Source: Elusimicrobiota bacterium (lineage in GTDB: Bacteria > Elusimicrobiota > Elusimicrobia > UBA1565 > UBA9628). From it: DNA of 50,845 bases. The stretch spans positions 1 to 50,845 of the forward strand of contig JAMPYD010000001.1 in assembly GCA_023700845.1 (NCBI GenBank), written 5' to 3'. Below the pieces are notes generated by a model that ran no database searches, was not told where the DNA came from, and saw only the letters and a list, made by a program, of their open reading frames with translations. Positions 10,517-18,999 of the stretch are shown here, one piece after another. The position numbers and the translations under genes are program-made. Each line of letters begins with the position of its first letter. Within the stretch, counting starts at the first letter, position 1.

Positions 10517-11806
10517 TTAGACCGCCCGTCTGAGCTCCACCCAGAACCGGCTCCCGCGGCCGGGCTCCGACTCGACGCCGGCCGTCCCTCCCAGCCGCTC
10601 CGCGCCCCGCCTCACGATGGCCAGGCCGATGCCGGTGCCCGGGAAATCCTCGGCCGAGTGCAGGCGCTGAAAGACGTCGAAGATCCTCGCCTGATGGGCG
10701 GCGTCGATGCCGATCCCGTTGTCCTCCACCCAGAAGCGCACCGAATCCCCGCGCGCCTCGCCGCGGACCTGGACGCGCGGCTCGACGCCGGGCGGGACGA
10801 ACTTGAGGGCGTTGGAGAGGAGGTTGGCGAAGATCTGCGTCAGCGGGACGGCGTGCCCCAGCACGCGGGGCAAAGGCTCCTCGACGTCGATCCTCGCCTT
10901 GCGCTCCTTGATCTCGGCGTCGAGGCCGGCGATCACGGCGGACAGGATGGCGGACGGGTCCATGGGCTCGGCCTTGACGTCCTCGAGCGTGAGGCGGCTG
11001 TAGAAGAGGAGGTCCTCGATGAGCTGGTCCATGCGCCGGGTCGCGGCCATGATGCGCAGGGCGTGCGGGCGGGAGCGCTCGTCCGCGCCGGCCACCAGGA
11101 ACTCCGTGTAGCCGTGGATGTGGCGCAAGGGCGCCCGCAGGTCGTGGGCGATCGAGTAGGCGAAGGAGTGCAGGTCCTTGATGGTCTGCTCCAGCCGGAC
11201 GGTGCGCTCGGCGACGAGTCCCTCGAGGTTCTCGCTGACCCGGCGCGCCTCCTTCTCCGCCTGCTCGGCCTTTTCCCGCAGGGCCGTCTCGCGAAGGCGG
11301 CCGTAGTAGCGGTCGAGCGCGATCGAGATGTGATTGGCCGCGGTGTTGACGAAGGCCAGGTCCGCCTCGTCGAGCGCCAGGCCCGGCTCGACCTGGACGA
11401 TCCCGAAGCTCGGTCGGCCGCGCAGCGCCAAGGGGATCACGACGGCCTCCGCCCGCGCCCCCGATTCCGGCTCGCTCTTGAGCACCGACTCCCGCTCCTC
11501 CACCTCCGAGGCGGGCAGGCCGGTGACGTAGGCGTAGGAATCCACCGCCCTCTTCTTCAGGTCCGCCAGCCGCTCCCGGCTCTCCCGGCGCGAGCGCCAG
11601 ACGTGCAGGCGCACGCTCGCGTCGCGCTTCTCGACGAGGATCACGCTGCGCAGCGGGATCGCCTTGACCAGGAGCTTGAGTACGGCCGCGGTCATGGCTT
11701 CCACCGAGTCGAAGGGGGAGAGCAGGACGCGTCCGACCTCGTAGAGCAGCTCCAGGCGGCGGTCCGCGGCGAGGGTGGCGCGGGCCGGCGTGGGATGGGC
11801 TCTCAC
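10517..11806 (-). CDS. sensor histidine kinase (N-terminal GAF-like region, HisKA, HATPase_c)
   Basis: 429 aa. H-box SIAHDLRAPLRHIHGY, N-box LLSNALKF, G1 VEDNGIGID and G2 GTGIGLAIV are present. It overlaps the upstream KaiC-like gene by 4 nt. Confidence 0.88.
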   Translation of the reverse strand: MRAHPTPARATLAADRRLELLYEVGRVLLSPFDSVEAMTAAVLKLLVKAIPLRSVILVEKRDASVRLHVWRSRRESRERLADLKKRAVDSYAYVTGLPASEVEERESVLKSEPESGARAEAVVIPLALRGRPSFGIVQVEPGLALDEADLAFVNTAANHISIALDRYYGRLRETALREKAEQAEKEARRVSENLEGLVAERTVRLEQTIKDLHSFAYSIAHDLRAPLRHIHGYTEFLVAGADERSRPHALRIMAATRRMDQLIEDLLFYSRLTLEDVKAEPMDPSAILSAVIAGLDAEIKERKARIDVEEPLPRVLGHAVPLTQIFANLLSNALKFVPPGVEPRVQVRGEARGDSVRFWVEDNGIGIDAAHQARIFDVFQRLHSAEDFPGTGIGLAIVRRGAERLGGTAGVESEPGRGSRFWVELRRAV

Positions 11807-14370
11807 GGCAGCGGGAGCTCCACCGCCCCCATGGCCCGCCGCGCCGGGCCCACCCGCGCGCCGCCCTTCCCGACCGTGAGCGTGTGCGCTTCGGCGGAAT
11901 GCGCGCTGGCCCGGGTCTTGACCACGGTCAGCAGGGGCGTGCGCGCGCCTCCGTGGGAGTAGCGCAGCATGATGAGGTTGTCGGCGACCGCCGAGACTCC
12001 GCCTTCGGCCGCCACGTCGGTGGAGTGGAGGCGCTGCGACTCGAGCGTCAGCAAGGAGGTGACGCCCAGGGCCTTGAAGCGGACGACGAGGTTGTGCAGG
12101 AGGATCTGCGCCTGCTCGCGACCCAATCCGGCCGTCGCCAGGCGGCTGGCGCCGTCGAAGACGAGGCGGCGCACGCCGGCGGCCTGGATCTTCTCGGTCA
12201 GCACGGTCAGGTACTGCCCCGCCGCGATCCGCTCCGGCGGGAAGTACAAGAGCTCGACGAACCCGTTGGCCGCCGGCTCCCGGATCGCGAGGCCCAGCGC
12301 GTCCGCGGTCGCGAGGATCTGGCCGGGGCCTTCCTCGAGGGTCACGTACAGCCCCTTCTCGCCCGCCGCGGCGCCCTCCGCGATGAACTGCAGGGCGATG
12401 GTGCTCTTGCCGCTGCCCGCGCTTCCCGACACGATGGTCGCGCTGTGCTCGAAGACCCCGCCGCCGAGCAGCGCGTCGAGGCCGGGCACGCCGGTCCCCA
12501 GGCGCCGCCCCAGGCGCGGCTCCGGCGGGACCTCGAAGCGCACGTCGATGCTCGCGCGGGGGAACACGCGCACCCCGCCCTGGTCGATGGCCATCGCGTG
12601 GCGGCCCAGGAGGTGCGGCGTGGCCCGAAGCTTGTACACCTCGACGTAGCGCCTGCGCTCCAGGCCCTCGGACTCCGAGCTCAGGATGATCGCGCCGTCG
12701 AGCACGGTCTCCTCGACGCCCATCCGGCTGATGTTGGGGGTGCCGTAGGGGATGTCGGTCGAGAGGAAGCCGACCGCGTCGGCCTCGTCGATGGCGGCGG
12801 CGAGCTGGAACGTCTTCTCGCGGGCGCGCGTCGGGTCGGATATCTTATGAAGGAAGACGGACAGGGAATCGACCGCGACGCGGGCCGGCTCGAACGCCTG
12901 GATGCGCTCGTGCATCATCAGCAGGTGGCGCTCGCCGCGGATGTCGGGCTGGGGGATGTAGGCGAGCTCGAGCCGCCCCTCCTCGATCTGGCGGTCGAAG
13001 TCCCAGCCCAGGCCGATCGCGGTCTCCCGCAGGCGCTCAGGCGTTTCCTCGAAGGAGAACAGCAGGCCCTTCTCGCCCTTCAAGGCGCCGCGGTACAGGA
13101 TCTCGAGCAGGAGCACGGTCTTGCCGGTGCCGCTGACCCCGCTGACCAGCACGCTCGAGCCGCGCAGTATGCCGCCGTCGAGCAGCTCGTCGAGACGCGA
13201 GACGCCGAGCTTGATGCGCTCGCGCGCGACGCCGGGACGCGGCGTGCGCCGGATCGCGACGCTCGGGGCGTACACCTCGATGCCGCGCGCGGTGATCGAG
13301 AAGGGCTGGCGATCGGGGCTGTGATCCGTGCCGCGCATCTTGAGCACCTGGATGAAGCGCTGCTCCTCGCCCGCCGTCTCGTAATGGGAGAGCATGAGCA
13401 GCCCGTCGACCACGGAGAACAGCGGGCTCGCGCTCTCCTCGTCGGGGATATACTCGCCGATGAGCAAGGTCGTGCAGTCCCACGCGACGAGGCTCGCCGC
13501 GAGGTCGTAGCAGAAGCGGCGGAACTGCCGGGGGGAGTGGGCCAGGCCCTCGAAGCCCTTGAAGCTGTCGATGACCAGCAAGGAGGGCCTGAGGCTCTCG
13601 ACCGCCGCGAGGATCGCCTCCAGGTGCCGCTCGAGGTTCTGGTCGCGCAGGAGCTTGCCGATGTCCATCAGGTGGATCGAGTCGTCGATCTTCCCGGCGT
13701 CGAAGTACGCGAACTGGCGCATGAACTTCATGAGCTTGGCCGCCGGCTCCGAGAAGGTGCTCATATAGAGCACGCGGCGGTCCGGCGCCGCGTGGTGGAA
13801 GGCGATCTGATGGCCGAGCGTGGTCTTCCCCGAGCCGGGGGCGCCGGCGATCACCGTGACCGAGCCCTCGGGCAGGCCGCCGCCCAGGACCTCGTCGAGG
13901 TTGCGCACGCCGGTGCTGAGCCTCGGGAGGGAGGCTTCGGCGCTCAGGGCCGACTTCTTCACGTCGACGGCCACGGGCGCCGATCCGTCGCCGGCCTCTC
14001 CCGTCAGCAGCGAGTGCAGGGCGGGGGTCAGGATGCCGCCCGAGAGATGGCCGAGCAGGCCCAGCGTCTCGGAGAGCAGGAAGGCAAGGGCCTCTCGCAG
14101 GCGGCCGTCGCCGTCCGCGAGAAGGCAGTCGAAGCTCGCCTCCCAGTCGTCGACGCGCAGCGGCGCCAGCGCCGGGTATCTCTCGGCCGCGCCGGCCAGC
14201 ACGCGCTGCGAAGCGGACTTCACGGTGATATCCCCGAGGGTCGCCTCCGCCCGGCGCCACAGCGCGTCCCACGTCCGCGCGAAGCGCTCGATGACCTCCT
14301 TCGCCGGCGTGTCCTCCTGCGCCTTGAACCACGCGGAGACCGCCTCGGCGGGGCTGCGGCCGTTCGCCAT
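11803..14370 (-). CDS. KaiC-like ATPase with three tandem RecA/KaiC domains and an N-terminal domain of about 160 aa
   Basis: There are three Walker A loops: GAPGSGKTTL, GVSGTGKTVL and GSAGSGKSTI. Each is preceded by a G(V/L)xxLDxxLGGG motif and followed by a Walker B (LLVIDSF, RVAVDSL, RLVFDGA). I chose the start at MANGR (14370) because AGGGAGGAAGC precedes that ATG; the track start at 14445 lacks an RBS. Confidence 0.85.
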   Translation of the reverse strand: MANGRSPAEAVSAWFKAQEDTPAKEVIERFARTWDALWRRAEATLGDITVKSASQRVLAGAAERYPALAPLRVDDWEASFDCLLADGDGRLREALAFLLSETLGLLGHLSGGILTPALHSLLTGEAGDGSAPVAVDVKKSALSAEASLPRLSTGVRNLDEVLGGGLPEGSVTVIAGAPGSGKTTLGHQIAFHHAAPDRRVLYMSTFSEPAAKLMKFMRQFAYFDAGKIDDSIHLMDIGKLLRDQNLERHLEAILAAVESLRPSLLVIDSFKGFEGLAHSPRQFRRFCYDLAASLVAWDCTTLLIGEYIPDEESASPLFSVVDGLLMLSHYETAGEEQRFIQVLKMRGTDHSPDRQPFSITARGIEVYAPSVAIRRTPRPGVARERIKLGVSRLDELLDGGILRGSSVLVSGVSGTGKTVLLLEILYRGALKGEKGLLFSFEETPERLRETAIGLGWDFDRQIEEGRLELAYIPQPDIRGERHLLMMHERIQAFEPARVAVDSLSVFLHKISDPTRAREKTFQLAAAIDEADAVGFLSTDIPYGTPNISRMGVEETVLDGAIILSSESEGLERRRYVEVYKLRATPHLLGRHAMAIDQGGVRVFPRASIDVRFEVPPEPRLGRRLGTGVPGLDALLGGGVFEHSATIVSGSAGSGKSTIALQFIAEGAAAGEKGLYVTLEEGPGQILATADALGLAIREPAANGFVELLYFPPERIAAGQYLTVLTEKIQAAGVRRLVFDGASRLATAGLGREQAQILLHNLVVRFKALGVTSLLTLESQRLHSTDVAAEGGVSAVADNLIMLRYSHGGARTPLLTVVKTRASAHSAEAHTLTVGKGGARVGPARRAMGAVELPLP

Positions 14371-14479
14371 GCTTCCTCCCTGACGGGGACCATTGTAAGC
14401 ACCCGCGCGGCCGAAGTCTGCTGAGGGAGTGTGAATTTTAATCAACGGTCCTGCATCGTGCCTCCCGCGCGCGGATTAT

Positions 14480-14488
14480 TGCTAGAAT
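14480..14488 (+). promoter_or_regulatory. extended -10 promoter (TGcTAGAAT) of the original tRNA-Ser locus
   Basis: TGCTAGAAT ends 20 nt upstream of the tRNA remnant 5' end at 14509. No good -35 is present. Confidence 0.35.
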
Positions 14489-14504
14489 GACTCGTCGAGA
14501 CCCC

Positions 14505-14547
14505 TTCTGGAGAGGTGGGTGAGCGGCTGAAACCGACGGTTTGCTAA
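14505..14547 (+). repeat. attL: 43-nt exact direct repeat, 5' half of tRNA-Ser
   Basis: ttctggagaggtgggtgagcggctgaaaccgacggtttgctaa is identical to 34556-34598. Confidence 0.9.
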
Positions 14548-14556
14548 TCTCTCCGA
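14509..14556 (+). pseudogene. tRNA-Ser(GCT) remnant: positions 1-39 joined directly to an acceptor 3'-strand-like tctctccga
   Basis: The remnant is identical to the intact tRNA from the 5' end into the anticodon loop (..TTGCTAA). The next 9 nt match the tRNA 3' end, cctctccga, at 8 of 9 positions. It therefore looks like the tRNA with its anticodon 3' stem, variable arm and T arm deleted. Confidence 0.7.
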
Positions 14557-14729
14557 CGACGCCAGGTAGCTCCCTCCTGGTCGACTTCTGCTGTAAAATC
14601 CTACCTCTCGTTTGCGCTTGGTTGCCGTTGGCGGAGCGACTTTTGCTCAAAACCCGCTGAAAAGCCGTCTTCGGGGATTGACCGATCCTCGACGGAAATG
14701 CTTACATCTCTTACCCGGACACAGACCAA

Positions 14730-14760
14730 CCCTCGTCGGCAACGGCGGGGGCTTTTTTTT
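14730..14760 (+). terminator. rho-independent terminator
   Basis: ccctcgtcg-GCAA-cggcggggg forms a 9-bp stem (two G-U pairs) with a GNRA loop, followed by c and T8. Confidence 0.55.
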
Positions 14761-14840
14761 GCCCGGGTCACGTCTGCCCCGGGCCTAACGATCGGCCCGG
14801 CTCGCCCGTCCCCTACCCGAGGCAGCGCCGAGAGGAACCT

Positions 14841-15845
14841 ATGGCAACTGAAGCACAAGTGAAGGCGCTCCGCGATCACACCGACAAGGCACTGGCCGTC
14901 TACCAGAAGGACTTGGTCAAGCGCTCGCAGTGGGGCGAGATCACGTTCGAGAAGGCCGAGGCCGATCTCGTGCGCGCCCAGGAACTCCTCACCTACCTCA
15001 AGGAGCTTCCGCTGGACGTGCTGCCCGACGGCGTCATCAACAGCACCAACACGGCCGTCCAACAACTGATCCCGATCCTCACCAGGATCGACACCTTCAC
15101 GCTGAACACCGGCAACCCCGCCGCGCAGCGTGACGACATCGCGACCCAGTTTCACGGCCAGGTCGACTCCGTTTACAATACCGTCGGCGTCTGGATTCCG
15201 TTCTTGGCCTACAAGAAGGGAGACATCGCCGAGAACGTCGGCAGGCTGAGCCAAGCCGTCGCCGAAGCGAAGGCCACTCTGGAGGAGGCCAAGCAGACCA
15301 CCGAGGCCAAGAAGATCGAGATCGACTCCATCGTCGCCGCCGCCAGGGCCGCGTCGGCGTCTGCTGGGGCCGCCGTCTTCACCGAGGACTTCTTGAAGGA
15401 GTCTAGTACCCAGGAAAAGCTGGCCAAGAATTGGCTCATAGCCGCCGGTGTCATAGGCGTGCTCGGAATCGTAGCGGCAAGCGCCATGTGGTTGGTCGCC
15501 TACAAATCGCAGACCCTGGAGACATCTCAACTCGTGCAGGTCATCGCGGCCAAGCTCGTGATCTTGAGCATCCTGATCGGCGCGGCCTCCTGGTGTGGCG
15601 GCATCTACAAGGCCCTACGCCACCAGACCAGCATGAACAAGCACCGCGCCTTGAGCCTGCGAACGCTCCAAGCGTTCGTTAAGGCCGGAAGCGACGACCA
15701 AACGAAGAACGCGGTCCTCATGGAGGCTTGCCGCGCGGTCTTCTTGGGCGGCAACACCGGCTACCTCGACGGCAAAGGCGGCGGGATGGACGAGTCGAGC
15801 CTGAAGGTCATCGAGATCGCCAAGACCTTGAGCGGGAAATCCTAA
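14841..15845 (+). CDS. hypothetical 2-TM membrane protein (helical N-terminal region of about 195 aa, two TM helices, C-terminal tail)
   Basis: 334 aa. RBS gagagga precedes the ATG. TM helices are NWLIAAGVIGVLGIVAASAMWLVAY and LVQVIAAKLVILSILIGAASWCGGIY. I recognise no family. Confidence 0.7.
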   Translation: MATEAQVKALRDHTDKALAVYQKDLVKRSQWGEITFEKAEADLVRAQELLTYLKELPLDVLPDGVINSTNTAVQQLIPILTRIDTFTLNTGNPAAQRDDIATQFHGQVDSVYNTVGVWIPFLAYKKGDIAENVGRLSQAVAEAKATLEEAKQTTEAKKIEIDSIVAAARAASASAGAAVFTEDFLKESSTQEKLAKNWLIAAGVIGVLGIVAASAMWLVAYKSQTLETSQLVQVIAAKLVILSILIGAASWCGGIYKALRHQTSMNKHRALSLRTLQAFVKAGSDDQTKNAVLMEACRAVFLGGNTGYLDGKGGGMDESSLKVIEIAKTLSGKS

Positions 15846-15865
15846 CACTGACTGGAGAACAGACC

Positions 15866-16162
15866 ATGGCCAGCTATTTCTACGACAAGCACGTCCCCGA
15901 CGGCGGTGACCCCGCCAATAAGACCGGGACGGCTCCCGGTTTCCGCTTCTGTGTCTGCGAGCAGGACGCCGCGATCGGCATCGAGATGGATATGATTGAG
16001 GAGAGCCGGTCAGCGACCATCAACCCCAAGACGCACTACTCTGCGCTGATCAACATCAAAGAAGCCAAGCAACTTCTCGCTGGTCTCCAACAGGCCATCG
16101 ACCGCGCGGCGAGCAAGACCGGCGGAAAGGACCTCCACGAAGACCGCGTCCGCGATCTCTAA
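15866..16162 (+). CDS. hypothetical small acidic protein (98 aa)
   Basis: The ATG at 15866 is preceded by GGAGAA. The longer track ORF from 15728 overlaps the previous gene. Sequence begins MASYFYDKHVPDGGDP... Confidence 0.5.
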   Translation: MASYFYDKHVPDGGDPANKTGTAPGFRFCVCEQDAAIGIEMDMIEESRSATINPKTHYSALINIKEAKQLLAGLQQAIDRAASKTGGKDLHEDRVRDL

Positions 16163-16167
16163 CTACT

Positions 16168-16473
16168 ATGACGATCTCTGAACTCTACAGGAAGTGCGGC
16201 GTCTTCATCGGCAACACTACGGTCGTGAACCCGATCGGGGCTGACGCCCCACCGTCGATGCGGGCGATGTCCGAGAGCATGGACCGGGAATCCCTCAAGG
16301 ACATCGCATCTTGGGAAGTTCCCGACGAAGCCGCCTCTGACGAAGACCTCACGAAGCTCTTGACTGACGCGAAGGGGCTGGCCGCCAAGGGCCTGGCGCA
16401 GAAAGAACAAGTCTGCTCGACGGTGGCCGATCTCAGGAAGTACCTGAGTGGACACTACCCGGTCTCCGAATGA
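16168..16473 (+). CDS. hypothetical small acidic protein (101 aa)
   Basis: The ORF starts 5 nt after the previous stop. It is rich in Asp and Glu. I recognise no family. Confidence 0.5.
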   Translation: MTISELYRKCGVFIGNTTVVNPIGADAPPSMRAMSESMDRESLKDIASWEVPDEAASDEDLTKLLTDAKGLAAKGLAQKEQVCSTVADLRKYLSGHYPVSE

Positions 16474-17329
16474 GCCCCCGGCTGAAAACGGAATCCATCT
16501 GATCAAGTTCTACACGGGCCAAGGAGCAGGGGGTTTCGAGCGCGTCCGGCAGCCCTATACGGCCAAGGAGTGGGAGAAAATTAGGGGGTCTGCGCTCCGC
16601 CTTCTCCAGGCGCGGCAACGCGACGCCGCCGCCGAACTGTTCGAGGCCATCCCGTTTCAGTTGTATGAAGGGACCAATTTTTTTGGAGACGAGTTCCAGG
16701 TGCTCTACTGCGCCGTAAATCACGAACGATACGTTGAACTATCCGAACTTGCAGGAGACGAGGAGACCTCCGGTTCGATCAGGGCGATCGTGAAAGCTCT
16801 CGATGAGATTGGACATTCCGTAAGGCACGTCGCAGTCGGCGTAGACTCGAACTCCGGCCCAGCCCCAGTCGCACTGCCCGACCCAAAGGTCACCTCGGAC
16901 ACGGTGGCGCGCGCCCTTGCCGACGCTGAGCGGTTGATAAACTCAAACGGCGGCGCCATCAGCGCAGTCGATCGGGTTCACACGGCGCTTCATGGCTACC
17001 TGAGAGAGGTGTGCCGCGACGGTAAAATCGACTTCGCCGACGACGCGGGAACGACCGCCCTATTCGGACTCCTCCGCCAGCATCACCCGGCCCTTTCTGG
17101 GACCATCCCTAGCGGCGAGCCAATCCATCGGTTACTTCGGCCTCTGGCGGGAGTCATCGATACGCTTGACCCAGTGAGAAATACGCGGAGCATGGCTCAT
17201 CCGAACGCGACTTTATTGGGGGAGCCAGAGGCGATGCTGGTTATCAATGCGATCCGCACTCTTTTTCATTACCTCGACAGCAAGCTGAGTGAATCCCGAG
17301 CGAAGAGAACCGGGAAGCTCCCGTTCTAG
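16448..17329 (+). CDS. Abi_C / AbiJ-like HEPN-domain protein
   Basis: 293 aa. The C-terminus reads LDPVRNTRSMAHPNATLLGEPEAMLVINAIRTLFHYL, which fits the Rx4-6H motif and the helical context of the Abi_C (PF14355-type) HEPN domain. The start (GTG at 16448) is uncertain. Confidence 0.72.
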   Translation: MDTTRSPNEPPAENGIHLIKFYTGQGAGGFERVRQPYTAKEWEKIRGSALRLLQARQRDAAAELFEAIPFQLYEGTNFFGDEFQVLYCAVNHERYVELSELAGDEETSGSIRAIVKALDEIGHSVRHVAVGVDSNSGPAPVALPDPKVTSDTVARALADAERLINSNGGAISAVDRVHTALHGYLREVCRDGKIDFADDAGTTALFGLLRQHHPALSGTIPSGEPIHRLLRPLAGVIDTLDPVRNTRSMAHPNATLLGEPEAMLVINAIRTLFHYLDSKLSESRAKRTGKLPF

Positions 17330-18165
17330 TGGCAGAACCTGGAATGACCGACAAGAAGCCCGTGGCCAAAGCCCCTACGAAGATCGCTTTGGATTTGCTG
17401 GCCAATGCGAAGGACTCTCTGGCTCACGCGGTCTCCCATCTAACGGACGGTGGCGACCCTTCGGCCGGTCGGTGGAAGATCGCCATCAGGGAAGTAGCCC
17501 ACGTCATCGAACTTCTATTGAAAGAGAGGTTGAGGCGAGCCCACCCGGCCTTGATTTGGGTGAAGGTCGATGAGTTCCCGTCCTTAGATGCGCGCACGGT
17601 GGGCACCGCCCTCGCGGCCTCGCGGCTCGCCAAAATGTGCGGCATCTCGTTTCCCAAGGATGCCTTGGATACTCTTGACGCCTGTCGAAAGCAGCGGAAT
17701 AAAATTGAGCACTACGAGTTTCACGTCGAAGAGGCGGAAGCGCGTGGGATCGTGGGGCGGATGTTGGCGTTCATCTTTACTTTCTCCAGGCTCCACCTTG
17801 AGATCGACCTTGAAGCGGAGTTCCGCAAAGACAAAAGCTGGGAATCCCTTATCGACCTGGTCGAATTTCGAGAAGCACAGGCCAAGGCGATCGCGAAGAA
17901 GTTTTCCGAAGATGGAACAGAATCCACAGACTGTGAGTCTTGCGGTGAGCCGACTTTCGACATCGGGGCTGAACAATGTGAATTATGCGGCCACCGAGAT
18001 GAACTCGTTGACTGCGATCAGTGCGGGCAATCAATCTGGGCCTCGGATTCGGAATCCTTCGACGGCCCCGAGTCTGAAGAAACATCAGTAGTGTGCGGTA
18101 GCTGTGTTAGGAAGGCAGAGGCTGCTGATTTCCTGTATGACCAGTGGAAGGACCAGCAAGGATGA
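17329..18165 (+). CDS. HEPN-domain protein with C-terminal zinc-ribbon region
   Basis: 278 aa. It has LDACRKQRNKIEHYEF (Rx4H) in a helical N-terminal domain. The C-terminus has four Cys pairs: CESCG, CELCG, CDQCG and CGSC. The start is either the GTG at 17329 overlapping the previous stop or the ATG at 17344. Confidence 0.68.
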   Translation: MAEPGMTDKKPVAKAPTKIALDLLANAKDSLAHAVSHLTDGGDPSAGRWKIAIREVAHVIELLLKERLRRAHPALIWVKVDEFPSLDARTVGTALAASRLAKMCGISFPKDALDTLDACRKQRNKIEHYEFHVEEAEARGIVGRMLAFIFTFSRLHLEIDLEAEFRKDKSWESLIDLVEFREAQAKAIAKKFSEDGTESTDCESCGEPTFDIGAEQCELCGHRDELVDCDQCGQSIWASDSESFDGPESEETSVVCGSCVRKAEAADFLYDQWKDQQG

Positions 18166-18229
18166 AACAACCACGCCTGGATGGCGTACGGGAGCGACAC
18201 AGTAGCTGCCTCCCGCTATAATTTCGACC

Positions 18230-18907
18230 ATGCGAATCTCCCCCGAGGTGTTGAAGGGCCCGAGCCCAGAGGTCGACGACTCCTGGCGCCTTTTCCTCGA
18301 CCCGGCAGAACTCAGGACCAATCTGATCACGGCGTCGATTTACATCGCCGGGTTCGAGACGTTGAAATCGACGATCACCGGGCGCATCAGGGATTTTTTC
18401 TGGACCGGCTGGGACCACAAGACCGGCGACATCGTCAGCGAGAGCTACAACACCAAGGTCCTCGACCTCGATCCGAAGCGCAGGGTCTACGAAGCCTCGC
18501 TCGCCTGGCTGAAGCAGATGTCCGTGATCGACGACGCCGACTTGGCTAAGCTCAAGGTGGTGACGGACCTCCGCAACGAGATGGCCCACAAGATGGTCTC
18601 GATCGCGTCCGAGGGAGTGCCCGCGCACTGCGAGCAACGCCTCGGCGACATGATCCGCTTACTGCACAAGATCGAGGTCTGGTGGATCAGGAACGTGGAG
18701 ATGGAAATCAACCCGGACTTCTGCGACCCCGCCGCCAAGGACGAGGACATGCACCCTGGCAGCGTCATCACGCTCCAGATGATGACGCAGATCGCGCTTG
18801 GCACCGAGGACGAGGCTCGTGAGCCCCTCGCCGAATACATCAAGCGGTATGGCCCAGCCGCGAGCAAGTCGAAATGGCCTGGCACCGACGCGCCTCCAGA
18901 GCTATAA
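18230..18907 (+). CDS. HEPN-domain protein (third in a row)
   Basis: 225 aa. It has LKVVTDLRNEMAHKMV (Rx4H) in helical context. It shows no obvious similarity to the two preceding HEPN proteins outside the motif. Confidence 0.62.
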   Translation: MRISPEVLKGPSPEVDDSWRLFLDPAELRTNLITASIYIAGFETLKSTITGRIRDFFWTGWDHKTGDIVSESYNTKVLDLDPKRRVYEASLAWLKQMSVIDDADLAKLKVVTDLRNEMAHKMVSIASEGVPAHCEQRLGDMIRLLHKIEVWWIRNVEMEINPDFCDPAAKDEDMHPGSVITLQMMTQIALGTEDEAREPLAEYIKRYGPAASKSKWPGTDAPPEL

Positions 18908-18963
18908 TCTGATTGCCCGGCTCACCCGGGCGCGACGGACTTAGAAACTGGCCGCGCTAATGC

Positions 18964-18999
18964 GGGCCGCCTTGATGGTCAAGGCGGCCCGTTTGCTTT
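18964..18999 (+). terminator. rho-independent terminator of the HEPN operon
   Basis: GGGCCGCCTTGA-tgg-TCAAGGCGGCCC forms a 12-bp perfect stem followed by GTTTGCTTT. Confidence 0.65.

Noticed and set aside
11884-14424. 846-aa plus-strand ORF antisense to the KaiC-like gene
   Set aside because: It has a low-complexity Arg/Gly/Asp/Glu composition, whereas the minus-strand frame has clear Walker motifs.
14438-15530. Minus-strand ORFs 14438-14650 and 14601-15530 across attL and the first cargo gene
   Set aside because: They cross the tRNA remnant and the terminator and are antisense to a much better plus-strand gene.
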